Assembly: GCA_018333535.1 (NCBI GenBank)
Contig: JAGXTA010000033.1
Location: 10,626 to 74,625, forward strand
Direction of reading: 5' to 3'
Source of the DNA: Deltaproteobacteria bacterium
GTDB taxonomy: Bacteria > Desulfobacterota > BSN033 > UBA1163
DNA: 64,000 nt
How positions within the stretch are numbered: position 1 is the first letter of the stretch; the number at the start of each line of letters is the position of its first letter. The notes under the pieces were generated by a model. The model did not search any database, was not told the origin of the DNA, and saw nothing but the letters and a program-made list of their open reading frames with translations. Made by a program: the position numbers and the translations under genes. Positions 36,085-44,639 of this stretch are shown here, piece by piece.

Positions 36085-36474
36085 TCATCTCCCTTCTTTT
36101 TTGATGGCTTCGAGGATCTCTGATTCCTCGATCGTCCCGTATTCCTCATACAGCCGGATGATCAGCGAGAGGGCAACCGCCGTGGTCGCCACTGCAACGA
36201 CAATAGCGGTCAGGATGAGGACATGGGGCAATGGATTGACATATTGGTAACCCTTGAGGATCGTCTCATCGCTCACAATCGGCGCTGTTCCCTTTTTGAC
36301 CACTCCCAGAGAGATGTAGAACAGGAAGATCGCCGTTTGAAAGATGTTCAGACCAATGATCTTTTTAACCAAATTTTCTTTGGTGATGACGGCATAAAAA
36401 CCGATGAGCATCAGGAGGATCGATATCCAGTAGTTGTATTTTGCAAATATCTCTGAAATCAGCCACTCCGTCAT
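36085..36474 (-). CDS. mrpC: Mrp antiporter subunit C (NuoK-like)
   Basis: 129 aa with 3 TM helices and the block KKIIGLNIFQTAIFLFYISLG. Confidence 0.8.
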   Translation of the reverse strand: MTEWLISEIFAKYNYWISILLMLIGFYAVITKENLVKKIIGLNIFQTAIFLFYISLGVVKKGTAPIVSDETILKGYQYVNPLPHVLILTAIVVAVATTAVALSLIIRLYEEYGTIEESEILEAIKKEGR

Positions 36475-36482
36475 GGTGATGT

Positions 36483-36944
36483 TTATCCCTCCTTCTCCTT
36501 TCCCTTATCCCATGCGAGATCAAAAAAGATGGAGATCATAATCGCCATGACGGTCATCCCGACGCCGATTTCAATCAGGTCGATCCCCAGCGCCCTGTTT
36601 TCTTCAAAATGAGAGGTGAAGGGGATGAAGCCGTAATTCAGATACTGCGCAGCCCCCAGGCTGAATAGGATGCTCAGAAGGCCCACTCCTGCATAAATGT
36701 ATAACCCTGCGGAGCTGAGCGCCATATTCACCGATTCAGGGACTCGCTTCTTCCCCCTGGCGATATTGAAAACAACAATATAAAGGATGAAGGAGGAGGC
36801 AAAGACAGCGCCTCCCTGGAACCCTCCTCCCGGCCCGAGCGATCCGTGGAAGATCACATACAGGGCAAAGAGCTGGATGAAAGGGATCATGATTCGTGAA
36901 ACCGTTTCAACGACAATGCTCCCCTTTTCCGTTGTAGGATTCAA
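36483..36944 (-). CDS. mrpB: MnhB-domain subunit (MbhF-like)
   Basis: IPFIQLFALYVIFHGSLGPGGGFQGG signature. TTG start overlapping the upstream stop as TTGA. Confidence 0.8.
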   Translation of the reverse strand: MNPTTEKGSIVVETVSRIMIPFIQLFALYVIFHGSLGPGGGFQGGAVFASSFILYIVVFNIARGKKRVPESVNMALSSAGLYIYAGVGLLSILFSLGAAQYLNYGFIPFTSHFEENRALGIDLIEIGVGMTVMAIMISIFFDLAWDKGKEKEG

Positions 36945-37471
36945 AGTTTCCCCCGCCTCCTTAATAGAAGGATGACCGATACCCCTGCCGTAAATATGAC
37001 AACGGTCTCTCCCAGGGTATCATACCCCCGATAATCGGCCAGCCCGTGGGTGACCATATTGGGAACGGCTGTTTCCTTCAACCCTTTTTCAAACCACCTG
37101 ACGACAAAGGCGTGGCGGTAAATCCGGAGTTGGTCCCCTTCTTTGACGACCCAGTAATACTTTTCCTCCCTTGCGTAATGGGCCTCATTTTTCGGAATGA
37201 AGATGTTCCACTGTCTTTCCTCACCAGGGACCTTCTCCGCCCTGGAGGGCGGAGGAAACTTCCCCTTTTTTAATGCATCGGATAATGCTCCTGGAATCGC
37301 TCCCTGATTCAAAATATTTTCTGACGGACCGGCATGGAGATCGAAGAGCTTCACCGCTCTGATGGATGGAGCATTAGGGTCGCCGAAGGCAGGAATATCC
37401 TCGGCCACATAGATAAAGAGTCCACCGAGCAGGATGATTAAAATGAGCGCAGTGGCTTTAAACCTTATCAT
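36941..37471 (-). CDS. MbhE-like subunit (MrpA C-terminal-type segment) with large extra-membrane insert
   Basis: Start at MIRFKATALILIILL, an ATGA overlap. C-terminal block NMVTHGLADYRGYDTLGETVVIFTAGVSVILLL. About 110 residues of non-hydrophobic sequence lie between the two TM segments. Confidence 0.65.
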   Translation of the reverse strand: MIRFKATALILIILLGGLFIYVAEDIPAFGDPNAPSIRAVKLFDLHAGPSENILNQGAIPGALSDALKKGKFPPPSRAEKVPGEERQWNIFIPKNEAHYAREEKYYWVVKEGDQLRIYRHAFVVRWFEKGLKETAVPNMVTHGLADYRGYDTLGETVVIFTAGVSVILLLRRRGKL

Positions 37472-37713
37472 TTTTTCTCCCACCTTGTTGTCCTTGCGAG
37501 GGCCGCAATCATGAAGGCGGTGGTCACGCCCGCTCCTACGGTGGCCTCCATGAAGCCCACATCCACGGATTGCATCTCCACCCATGCCAGGGCCATGAGA
37601 AAGCTATAGGCGCCGAGCAAGATGACAGCGCTCAGGAGATCCTTGATTGTAATGGCTGCAATCGCTATGATGACAAGAAGAAATAAAAGAAAGAGGTTGA
37701 TGGACATTGTCAT
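37468..37713 (-). CDS. DUF4040 / MbhD-like subunit
   Basis: 81 aa with 3 TM helices and the block LLSAVILLGAYSFLMALAWVEMQSVDVGFMEATVGAG. Confidence 0.7.
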   Translation of the reverse strand: MTMSINLFLLFLLVIIAIAAITIKDLLSAVILLGAYSFLMALAWVEMQSVDVGFMEATVGAGVTTAFMIAALARTTRWEKK

Positions 37714-37730
37714 CTCAATCTCTCCTGTTC

Positions 37731-38234
37731 CTACGATTCCATAAAGATGTGGGCCACTTTCCTCTGCATGGTTTGATCCACCAGCAAGGCATCCGCAGGC
37801 TCCTTTGCAATGGCATGGACCTGAAACTTTCCCTTTTCAGGTTCTACGTTGATCGTGATGGTGCCGGGTGTTAATGTGATCGAATTGGCCAATGTGGTCA
37901 GGGCCCAATCTCCCCTCAGGGAGGTTTCAAAGTCGAAGACACAGGGGTCGATGGGCATTTTCGGATGCAACACCCGGTAGGCGACATCAATATTGGCCAT
38001 GACGATCTGCCATAATTCCCATGGGGTATAACAGAGGAGCCTCCAGGATTTTATTATAAGTTTATCGCTCTTTCCCTTCACCAGTAGGTCATGGGAGATA
38101 AGGGCAACCAGCGCACTGCAGATTCCGCCGGCGATGAGGTGAAAGGCGGTCAAAAGGCCGGATAAAATGATCCAAAAGAGAAACATCACGCCAAAGGTGA
38201 TGAAAAAACCGAACCATTTCCCTTCCTTTTTCAT
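37731..38234 (-). CDS. mrpE: Mrp antiporter subunit E
   Basis: Start at MKKEGKWF, an ATGA overlap with mrpG. Blocks NIDVAYRVLHP and ITLTPGT; 167 aa. Confidence 0.75.
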   Translation of the reverse strand: MKKEGKWFGFFITFGVMFLFWIILSGLLTAFHLIAGGICSALVALISHDLLVKGKSDKLIIKSWRLLCYTPWELWQIVMANIDVAYRVLHPKMPIDPCVFDFETSLRGDWALTTLANSITLTPGTITINVEPEKGKFQVHAIAKEPADALLVDQTMQRKVAHIFMES

Positions 38235-38560
38235 CGTCTCTCTTCTCCTGATTTCCATGGCTTCAAGCCTGTTCGATAGGCCGCTTTCATGATCGCATGT
38301 GTGGCTGTAGGATTGGCGATAAAGATGAAGAAGATGAGGAAAAGAAGCCTGACCGGGACAAGGGGATGGTGAGAATAATGGAAAAGATGGTAGATCGTGA
38401 GGCCAAAAATAATGAGCCCTCCCCCCAACGTATCGCACTTCCCTGTGGCATGCAGCCGCGTATAAAAATCGGGCAATCTTAATAATCCAATGGATCCAAC
38501 GAGCAAAAAGAAGACGCCTCCGGCAAGCAAGAGGGTGACAATTATATTAACTAAGAGCAT
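38231..38560 (-). CDS. mrpG: Mrp antiporter subunit G
   Basis: VGSIGLLRLPDFYTRLHATGKCDTLG signature; 109 aa. Confidence 0.85.
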   Translation of the reverse strand: MLLVNIIVTLLLAGGVFFLLVGSIGLLRLPDFYTRLHATGKCDTLGGGLIIFGLTIYHLFHYSHHPLVPVRLLFLIFFIFIANPTATHAIMKAAYRTGLKPWKSGEERR

Positions 38561-38817
38561 ACATCACCTCTTTCGACGTATTTGGCAAATACCAGCGTGC
38601 CGATGAAGTTTAGCATGGCATAGAGAATGGCGATGTCAAAGAAGAGGGGCCTTTCAAAAAAGTATCCAAAGACGACCAGCAGGGCGATCGTTTTGGTTCC
38701 GACGACATTTACAGCCGCAACCCTGTTAAATACACCGGGCCCAACTGCCCCCCTGTAGAGACTGAGAGAAATCGATACAAGGATGAGGAGGGCCACAGCT
38801 AAAAATAGGGTGATCAT
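38551..38817 (-). CDS. mrpF: Mrp antiporter subunit F
   Basis: 88 aa with AAAGGAG upstream and the block LYRGAVGPGVFNRVAAVNVVGTK. Confidence 0.8.
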   Translation of the reverse strand: MITLFLAVALLILVSISLSLYRGAVGPGVFNRVAAVNVVGTKTIALLVVFGYFFERPLFFDIAILYAMLNFIGTLVFAKYVERGDVCS

Positions 38818-39018
38818 CTACTCACTCCTTTTCATTTGATAGTTAGAGGTATTGGACTCCCGAAGGAGGATGAGGCTTTCGAAAACCGATGGAGATACAG
38901 GGCCGCGCTGATCGAGATTGAGAAATTTAGCCAACATATCTATAATTGCTTGTTAAAAATCGCACAAATCATATAAGGTGTTTTGGGAATAGTCAAGTTA
39001 TTTTTAACATTTTTTTTG

Positions 39019-39169
39019 GAGAGCTCTGAAAAACGATCTTACGCTCTCTGATTACACAGATTCAAAAGAGTGATTCCACAGATTCGTCTTTATTCATCAT
39101 TGCATTTCTAATCTGTGTAATCTGCCCCCAATCGGTGTGATCAGAGATTTCTGGACTTTTTCAGAAATC
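39019..39169 (+). repeat. GATTACACAGATT-family repeat, full copy (~151 bp)
   Basis: GAGAGC-18 nt-GCTCTC end hairpin. 13-bp stem GATTACACAGATT / AATCTGTGTAATC around a 47-nt loop. Terminal hairpin GATTTCTG-8 nt-CAGAAATC. Homologous to the reverse complement of 49742-49894. Confidence 0.7.
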
Positions 39170-39220
39170 TTTTTTGTTCCAGTTGACAGGAGGTCTGATT
39201 TTAAGTAAAGTCCATACTAC

Positions 39221-40600
39221 TTGGTGATGAAGATCCATATCAGAATTAAAAACTTCATTTCAAGGCACCTGTCCCCTGCGAGAATCTTTATCCTCAGCTT
39301 CGGCGGGGTCATCCTCATCGGAGCCTTCCTTCTCTGGCTCCCATTTTCGGCTTCAAAAGGGCAACTCCGTTTCATTGACGCACTCTTTACCTCTGCCTCG
39401 GCCGTCTGCGTCACCGGACTTGTGGTCGTTGATAATGGGAAAGATCTCTCCCTGTTAGGCCAGGTGATCACCATCTTCCTCTTTCAGATCGGAGGATTGG
39501 GCATCATCACCTTTTCAACGATCTTCTTTATTTTGATGGGGCGGGGGATTTCGTTCAAGGGGAGGGAGATCGTCCAGTCCACCTTTCTCCATACCCGGAG
39601 AAGAGATTTTTTCGTTATTCTGAAGTCGGTTTTTTTCTATACGCTCATCTTTGAATCAATCGGGACCCTTCTCTTGTTCATCCGGTTTTCAAGGGATTTC
39701 CCGCCGGGGACGGCCCTCTATCAAGCGATCTATCATGCCATTTCCGCTTTCAACAATTGTGGATTTTCACTCTTTTCGGATAGCCTGATGCAATACCAGG
39801 GAGACCTGCTGGTCAATCTCACGGTGATGGGATTGCTCGTCATCGGAGGGATCGGATTCATCGTCCAGTATGAAGTCTTCTCAAAATGGAAGGGGGTTCA
39901 GAAAAGGCTTTCCGTTCACAGCAGGATGGTTCTCATCACCACGGCCGTTCTGATTTTCACGGGGGCCTTTTTCTTCTATTTCTTTGAGCGGAATCATCTT
40001 CTTAAGGATGCGCCCCTCCTGAACACGATCCTGGCTTCGTTATTCCAGTCGGTCACTCCGAGGACCTGCGGGTTCAATACGGTGGATATCGGACTGCTGA
40101 CCAATGCCACCCTTCTGCTCCTGATTGTTCTGATGTTCATCGGAGCTTCCCCGGGCTCGACCGGTGGAGGAATCAAGACAACGAGCACGGCCCTCCTTCT
40201 CCTGATGATCTGGAACCGGCTAAGGGGAAATGAGGAGGTCAATATCTATTCCCGGACGATTCCAAGAGAGGTGGTCAGCCGCACACTCTCCATCATCTTT
40301 GCCTCTGCCTTTTCGATCTCAATCATCACATCGATTCTACTGGTCGCCGGAGGCGGGAATCTTTCCCCCCTGGAAAGCCGTCACTTCTTTGTGGAGTATC
40401 TCTTTGAAGCGGTCTCCGCATTCGGGACAGTTGGACTGTCGATGGGAGTCACTCCTAAGTTGAATGATATTCAGAAATGTGCAATCATTTTGATGATGTT
40501 TGCGGGAAGGGTGGGGCCTTTGACGCTCGCCTTCTCACTCTCAAGAATCAAAAGCGGCAGGGGGTTAACCTACGCTGAAGAGGGGGTCATGGTGGGGTAA
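39221..40600 (+). CDS. ktrB: TrkH/KtrB-family K+ transporter membrane subunit
   Basis: 459 aa with repeated pore-loop motifs (SAVCVTGL, NNCGFS, CGFNTVD, GGIKTTS). TTG-GTG-ATG start cluster at 39221-39229. Confidence 0.85.
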   Translation: MVMKIHIRIKNFISRHLSPARIFILSFGGVILIGAFLLWLPFSASKGQLRFIDALFTSASAVCVTGLVVVDNGKDLSLLGQVITIFLFQIGGLGIITFSTIFFILMGRGISFKGREIVQSTFLHTRRRDFFVILKSVFFYTLIFESIGTLLLFIRFSRDFPPGTALYQAIYHAISAFNNCGFSLFSDSLMQYQGDLLVNLTVMGLLVIGGIGFIVQYEVFSKWKGVQKRLSVHSRMVLITTAVLIFTGAFFFYFFERNHLLKDAPLLNTILASLFQSVTPRTCGFNTVDIGLLTNATLLLLIVLMFIGASPGSTGGGIKTTSTALLLLMIWNRLRGNEEVNIYSRTIPREVVSRTLSIIFASAFSISIITSILLVAGGGNLSPLESRHFFVEYLFEAVSAFGTVGLSMGVTPKLNDIQKCAIILMMFAGRVGPLTLAFSLSRIKSGRGLTYAEEGVMVG

Positions 40601-40732
40601 TCTTAAGATTTCGGATTTCGGAATGCGGATTGTGGAGTGCTGATTAATCCTTCGTGGATTGAGGATATTCCATGGGCTTGGGGCAAGGTTACGGTAACGA
40701 AGCCCGTTTCGGTTAAGATGAGGCTCGTTTCC

Positions 40733-40838
40733 GGTGACGAGGCTCGTATCGAAACCCGAAGCTCGAAGCTTGAATCTCGAGTCTCCAGCATCGACATACG
40801 AGCATCGATACGAGCTTCGTCAACGACAACCGTAATCT
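40733..40838 (+). repeat. TCGATACGAGC-family repeat
   Basis: GGTGACGAGGCTCGTATCGAA...GAGCTTCGTCAACGACAACCGTAATC aligns with the reverse complement of 49056-49187. Confidence 0.6.
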
Positions 40839-40842
40839 TCTA

Positions 40843-41033
40843 CCCCAATTGAGTGAAAAATTATTGCTTGATTGAGCTGCAAACATGATAGCGAGACTAT
40901 TTAAAGGTTTGTTAAACCCTATATTAAAATCCCCCTTATTCCCCCTTTTCCAAAGGGGGATAATAATAAGTCCTCCCCTTTGGCAAAGGGGAGTTAGAGG
41001 GGATTTTGTCAAAATATTTTCACTCGATTGGAG
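40843..41033 (-). mobile_element. MITE family 1, copy B (191 bp)
   Basis: Reverse complement is identical to 10766-10956. It has its own 5-bp duplication TTCTA at 40838-40842 and 41034-41038. It lies between ktrB and ktrA. Confidence 0.85.
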
Positions 41034-41112
41034 TTCTAATAATAACGATACGGGCATCTTTACCCTGACCGTTTAACGAGGTCGATTTCCCAATGGAGAT
41101 GGAGGGGATCAT

Positions 41113-41760
41113 ATGAAACGGGTGGTGGTGGTTGGATTGGGGATTTTTGGTTTTAATATTGCCAGAGACCTCTTTGAGAACGGATTCGAAGTGGTGGCTA
41201 TAGATAAGGATAAAGAGGTGGTTCAGAAAATAAGGGACTACTCCACGAAAGCCATTTTAGCCGATGGGACGGACAAAGAGGTGATGGAATCGATCGGCAT
41301 CCAGGAGGATGATGTGGTCATTGTCTCCTTTGGAGAGGACCTCGCTGCCGCCACCCTGCTCACCCTTCACCTCCGAGAGATGAAGGTGAAACGAATCATC
41401 GTCAAGGCTCCGGATGAGGATCATAAGCATGTTCTGGAAAGGGTAGGGGCTACGGAGGTGATCATCCCGGAAAAGGAGATGGCGGACAAGGTATCCAGAA
41501 GCTTGATTTCACCGAATGTTCTCGATTATATCCCCCTGTCGGAAGATTATACGATCTGCGAGCTAGTCCCACCCTCCAGTTTTTTGGGAAAGGCGGTTGG
41601 AGAACTCCATCTAAGAAGTCGATACCATATCGAAGTGATTGCCGTGAGAGAGGTGCTTCCTGACAGGGTCCAAATGGTGCCCCGTGCCGATTTTGTGATT
41701 AAGGATAGCGATGTCCTGGTCGTTATCGGTAAAGAAGAGGATATCCAGAAGATCAGATAA
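41113..41760 (+). CDS. ktrA: KtrA/TrkA-type RCK (NAD-binding plus C-terminal) K+ uptake regulatory subunit
   Basis: VVVVGLGIFGFNIARDL Rossmann motif; 215-aa single RCK unit. Confidence 0.8.
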   Translation: MKRVVVVGLGIFGFNIARDLFENGFEVVAIDKDKEVVQKIRDYSTKAILADGTDKEVMESIGIQEDDVVIVSFGEDLAAATLLTLHLREMKVKRIIVKAPDEDHKHVLERVGATEVIIPEKEMADKVSRSLISPNVLDYIPLSEDYTICELVPPSSFLGKAVGELHLRSRYHIEVIAVREVLPDRVQMVPRADFVIKDSDVLVVIGKEEDIQKIR

Positions 41761-41794
41761 AGAGATAGGGAGATGGGGAGATGAGGGGAATTAG

Positions 41795-43135
41795 ATGAAG
41801 ATTGCCATCATCGGAGCCGGAGAGGTGGGATTCTACCTGGCCCAGAGACTCTCTCTTGAGAAACATGATCTGGTCATTATCGATAACGATCCGGAGAAAT
41901 GCGCCCATGCCCAGGAGGCTCTCGATGTCTCGGTGATTGAGGGAAGCGCTTCAAGCCAGAGCGTTCTGAAAGATGCAGGTCTGGAATCAGCCGATATGCT
42001 GATTGCGGCATCAGGTGTGGATGAGATCAATCTGATTGCCTGTATGATCGCCTCAAAAATGGGGGTGAGTAGAAAGATTGCCCGGGTCAGAAATCCGGAT
42101 TATTATGAAAAATCATCCATTCTTAAGCCTGAAGATCTCGGGGTGGACCTTTTCATCCATCCTGAAGAGGAGGTGATCGAGGAGATCACCCGGCTCCTCA
42201 TGCGGGCCTCAGCCTCGGAAGTGATTGAATTTGAAAACGGGAAAGTTTTGGTGGTGGGGTTAAAACTGGATGGTCAATGCCCGAATTTGAACAAACCGTT
42301 GAAAGAGATCGGACGCGAGGAGGAGAGGAGAAATATCCGGGTAGTGGCTATGCTGAAGGGAGAAAAGACGATCATTCCCACTGGAGAGGACTATTTCAGC
42401 AAAAACGACCAGATCTTTGTGGTCGCCAAGCGGGAAGGCCTTCCCCATGTCCTCTCCCTCACCGGGAAAACAGACCAGAAGCTTGATAAGATCATGATCC
42501 TGGGAGGAGGAAAAATCGGAAGAGGACTGGCAGCGAAATTGGAGGAGCAGATCGAAGTCACCCTTATCGAATCGAACAAGGAAAAATCGGTGAGAATCGC
42601 CTCCCAACTTAGACGGACGGCGGTTTATCAGGCAGATGGAACAGAGATCGATACTCTTGCGAGAGAAGGCCTCCTCAATATGGACGCCTTCATCGCCGTT
42701 ACCGGGGATGATGAGAACAATATCCTGTCCTGTTTGTTAGCCAAACATCTCGGGGTTCACAAAACCATTGCCCTGGTCAATAAACCAACTTATCTTCCAC
42801 TCCTGCCTGTCATCGGCATCGACTCGACCGTTAATGTCCGTCTCTCCACTGCAAGCGCCATCTTGCGATTTATCAGGAGAGGCGCGATCCTCTCCGCGGC
42901 CACCTTTCATGGGATTGATGCGGAAGCCATCGAATTCGAAGTCATGAAATCGAATAAAGTAACCGGGAAGTCGATAAAAGACCTTGGGTTACCAAAGGGG
43001 TCTCTCATTGCGGCTGTGGTTCGAAAGGAAGAGGTCTTCATCCCCCATGGAAGGAGTTCCTTGGAGCCTGGAGATAAAGTGATCGTTATTGCTCTGCCCA
43101 AAGCGATTTCTGCCATCGAAAAAAGATTTTCGTAA
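41795..43135 (+). CDS. trkA: Trk system K+ uptake protein TrkA (tandem RCK)
   Basis: 446 aa with two Rossmann starts (IAIIGAGEVGFYLA and IMILGGGKIGRGLA). Confidence 0.9.
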   Translation: MKIAIIGAGEVGFYLAQRLSLEKHDLVIIDNDPEKCAHAQEALDVSVIEGSASSQSVLKDAGLESADMLIAASGVDEINLIACMIASKMGVSRKIARVRNPDYYEKSSILKPEDLGVDLFIHPEEEVIEEITRLLMRASASEVIEFENGKVLVVGLKLDGQCPNLNKPLKEIGREEERRNIRVVAMLKGEKTIIPTGEDYFSKNDQIFVVAKREGLPHVLSLTGKTDQKLDKIMILGGGKIGRGLAAKLEEQIEVTLIESNKEKSVRIASQLRRTAVYQADGTEIDTLAREGLLNMDAFIAVTGDDENNILSCLLAKHLGVHKTIALVNKPTYLPLLPVIGIDSTVNVRLSTASAILRFIRRGAILSAATFHGIDAEAIEFEVMKSNKVTGKSIKDLGLPKGSLIAAVVRKEEVFIPHGRSSLEPGDKVIVIALPKAISAIEKRFS

Positions 43136-43149
43136 ATGAAGAGAAAGCG

Positions 43150-44589
43150 TTGAAACTTTCTAATATCATTTATACCCTGTCCAGTCTCTGGCTGCTCCTC
43201 AGCGGGTTCTTCGCCCTGCCTTTAGGGTTTTCACTCTATTTCCAGGACGGGCTTTATCTCATTTTTATTGTCCAAATGGTCGGGATGGGCCTTCTGAGCG
43301 TGATCCTTCGTGCAATTATCAGGAGGCCGGTTGAGCTTCAGATCAGGGAGGCCTTCCTGACCGTTTCGCTGACCTGGATCACTTTTTCCTTCTTCGGGGC
43401 TCTCCCTTTTATCGTCTCGGGCTATATCCCAAATCTGACCGATGCTTTTTTCGAGACGATGTCAGGGTTTACCACAACCGGAGCCAGCATCCTAACCGAT
43501 ATTGAGGTTCTTCCGAAGAGCCTACTCATCTGGCGAAACATGACGCAGTGGTTAGGGGGAATGGGAGTGATCGCCCTAGCGGTTGCCGTTCTCCCCTTCC
43601 TGGGGGTAGGAGGCGTCCAGCTTTTCAAAGCCGAAGTCCCGGGTCCGATCAAGGACAGAGTTTCTCCGCGCATCAGTGAGACCGCCAAGATCCTCTGGGC
43701 GGTCTATCTTCTTTTTACCGTGCTGGAGATCCTTCTTTTGATGTTAGGGGGACTGCCTCTCTTCGATTCTGTCTGTGTGACCTTCGGGACATTGGCAACG
43801 GGCGGATTTGCTCCCACCAATGCGAGCATCGCGGCCTATCCTTCTCCATTTATTCATTATGTGATCATCGTTTTTATGTTTATTGCCGGGGTCAATTTCT
43901 CTCTCCACTACTGGGCCCTCAGAGGGAAGCCCCATTTATATTTTTCCAATCCCGAGTTCCGTTTCTTCCTCTTCATCAATGCCCTGGCCGTGGGATTGAT
44001 CATGGTCTCGCGTCTGGCCAGGGGGGATGTCTTTTCAGAGGAATTTTTCAGAAGCACGCTCTTTCAGACTGTTTCTATTGTGACGACCACCGGTTTTGTC
44101 ACCCATGACTACGAACAATGGCCTTTTGTGACCCAGATCATCCTTCTCGCATTGATGCTGTTCGGAGGCTGCACCAGTTCGACCGGGGGAGGGATGAAGA
44201 ATGTGAGGATCCTGGTCGCCTTTAAATTCATGGGGTCCGAATTAAAAAAATTGTTTCACCCCCATGGTATCTTTCCGATCAGGATGGGTGACAGAACCGT
44301 TCCGGAACGTTTGGTGTCGAATATCATTGGATTCGTCGCCTTATATATCCTGATCTTCTTTCTCGGTGTGATGGCTATGACAGGGATCGGGCTCGACATC
44401 GATACATCCATTGGCGCGGTGGCGGCCACACTCGGAAATGTAGGGCCTGGAATCGGTACGGTCGGTCCTGTTGAGAATTATTCCCATATTCCTGCCCTGG
44501 GGAAATGGATTCTTTCTTTTTTAATGATGGTTGGACGTTTAGAGATTTTTACCGTTCTGGTCATCTTTACCCGTCCCTTCTGGCATTAA
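43150..44589 (+). CDS. trkH: Trk system K+ uptake protein TrkH
   Basis: 479 aa with a TTG start. Pore-loop blocks SGFTTTGASIL, GTLATGGF, TTTGF and TGGGMK. Confidence 0.9.
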   Translation: MKLSNIIYTLSSLWLLLSGFFALPLGFSLYFQDGLYLIFIVQMVGMGLLSVILRAIIRRPVELQIREAFLTVSLTWITFSFFGALPFIVSGYIPNLTDAFFETMSGFTTTGASILTDIEVLPKSLLIWRNMTQWLGGMGVIALAVAVLPFLGVGGVQLFKAEVPGPIKDRVSPRISETAKILWAVYLLFTVLEILLLMLGGLPLFDSVCVTFGTLATGGFAPTNASIAAYPSPFIHYVIIVFMFIAGVNFSLHYWALRGKPHLYFSNPEFRFFLFINALAVGLIMVSRLARGDVFSEEFFRSTLFQTVSIVTTTGFVTHDYEQWPFVTQIILLALMLFGGCTSSTGGGMKNVRILVAFKFMGSELKKLFHPHGIFPIRMGDRTVPERLVSNIIGFVALYILIFFLGVMAMTGIGLDIDTSIGAVAATLGNVGPGIGTVGPVENYSHIPALGKWILSFLMMVGRLEIFTVLVIFTRPFWH

Positions 44590-44609
44590 GCTGAATATAA
44601 TCTCAGCTT
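44588..44609. terminator. hairpin between convergent trkH and rsmI
   Basis: AAGCTGA-ATATAATC-TCAGCTT, a 7-bp stem that overlaps the trkH stop codon. The T-tract is weak. Confidence 0.3.
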
Positions 44610-44639
44610 ATCATTTCAGCTTCTTCCCCCATCTCCCCA

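Noticed and set aside
40603-41076. Four overlapping 63-114-aa ORFs between ktrB and ktrA, and similar ones at 48918-49231, 49682-49903 and 58893-59111
   Set aside because: All lie within repeat elements on both strands, and their translations are low-complexity repeat peptides.
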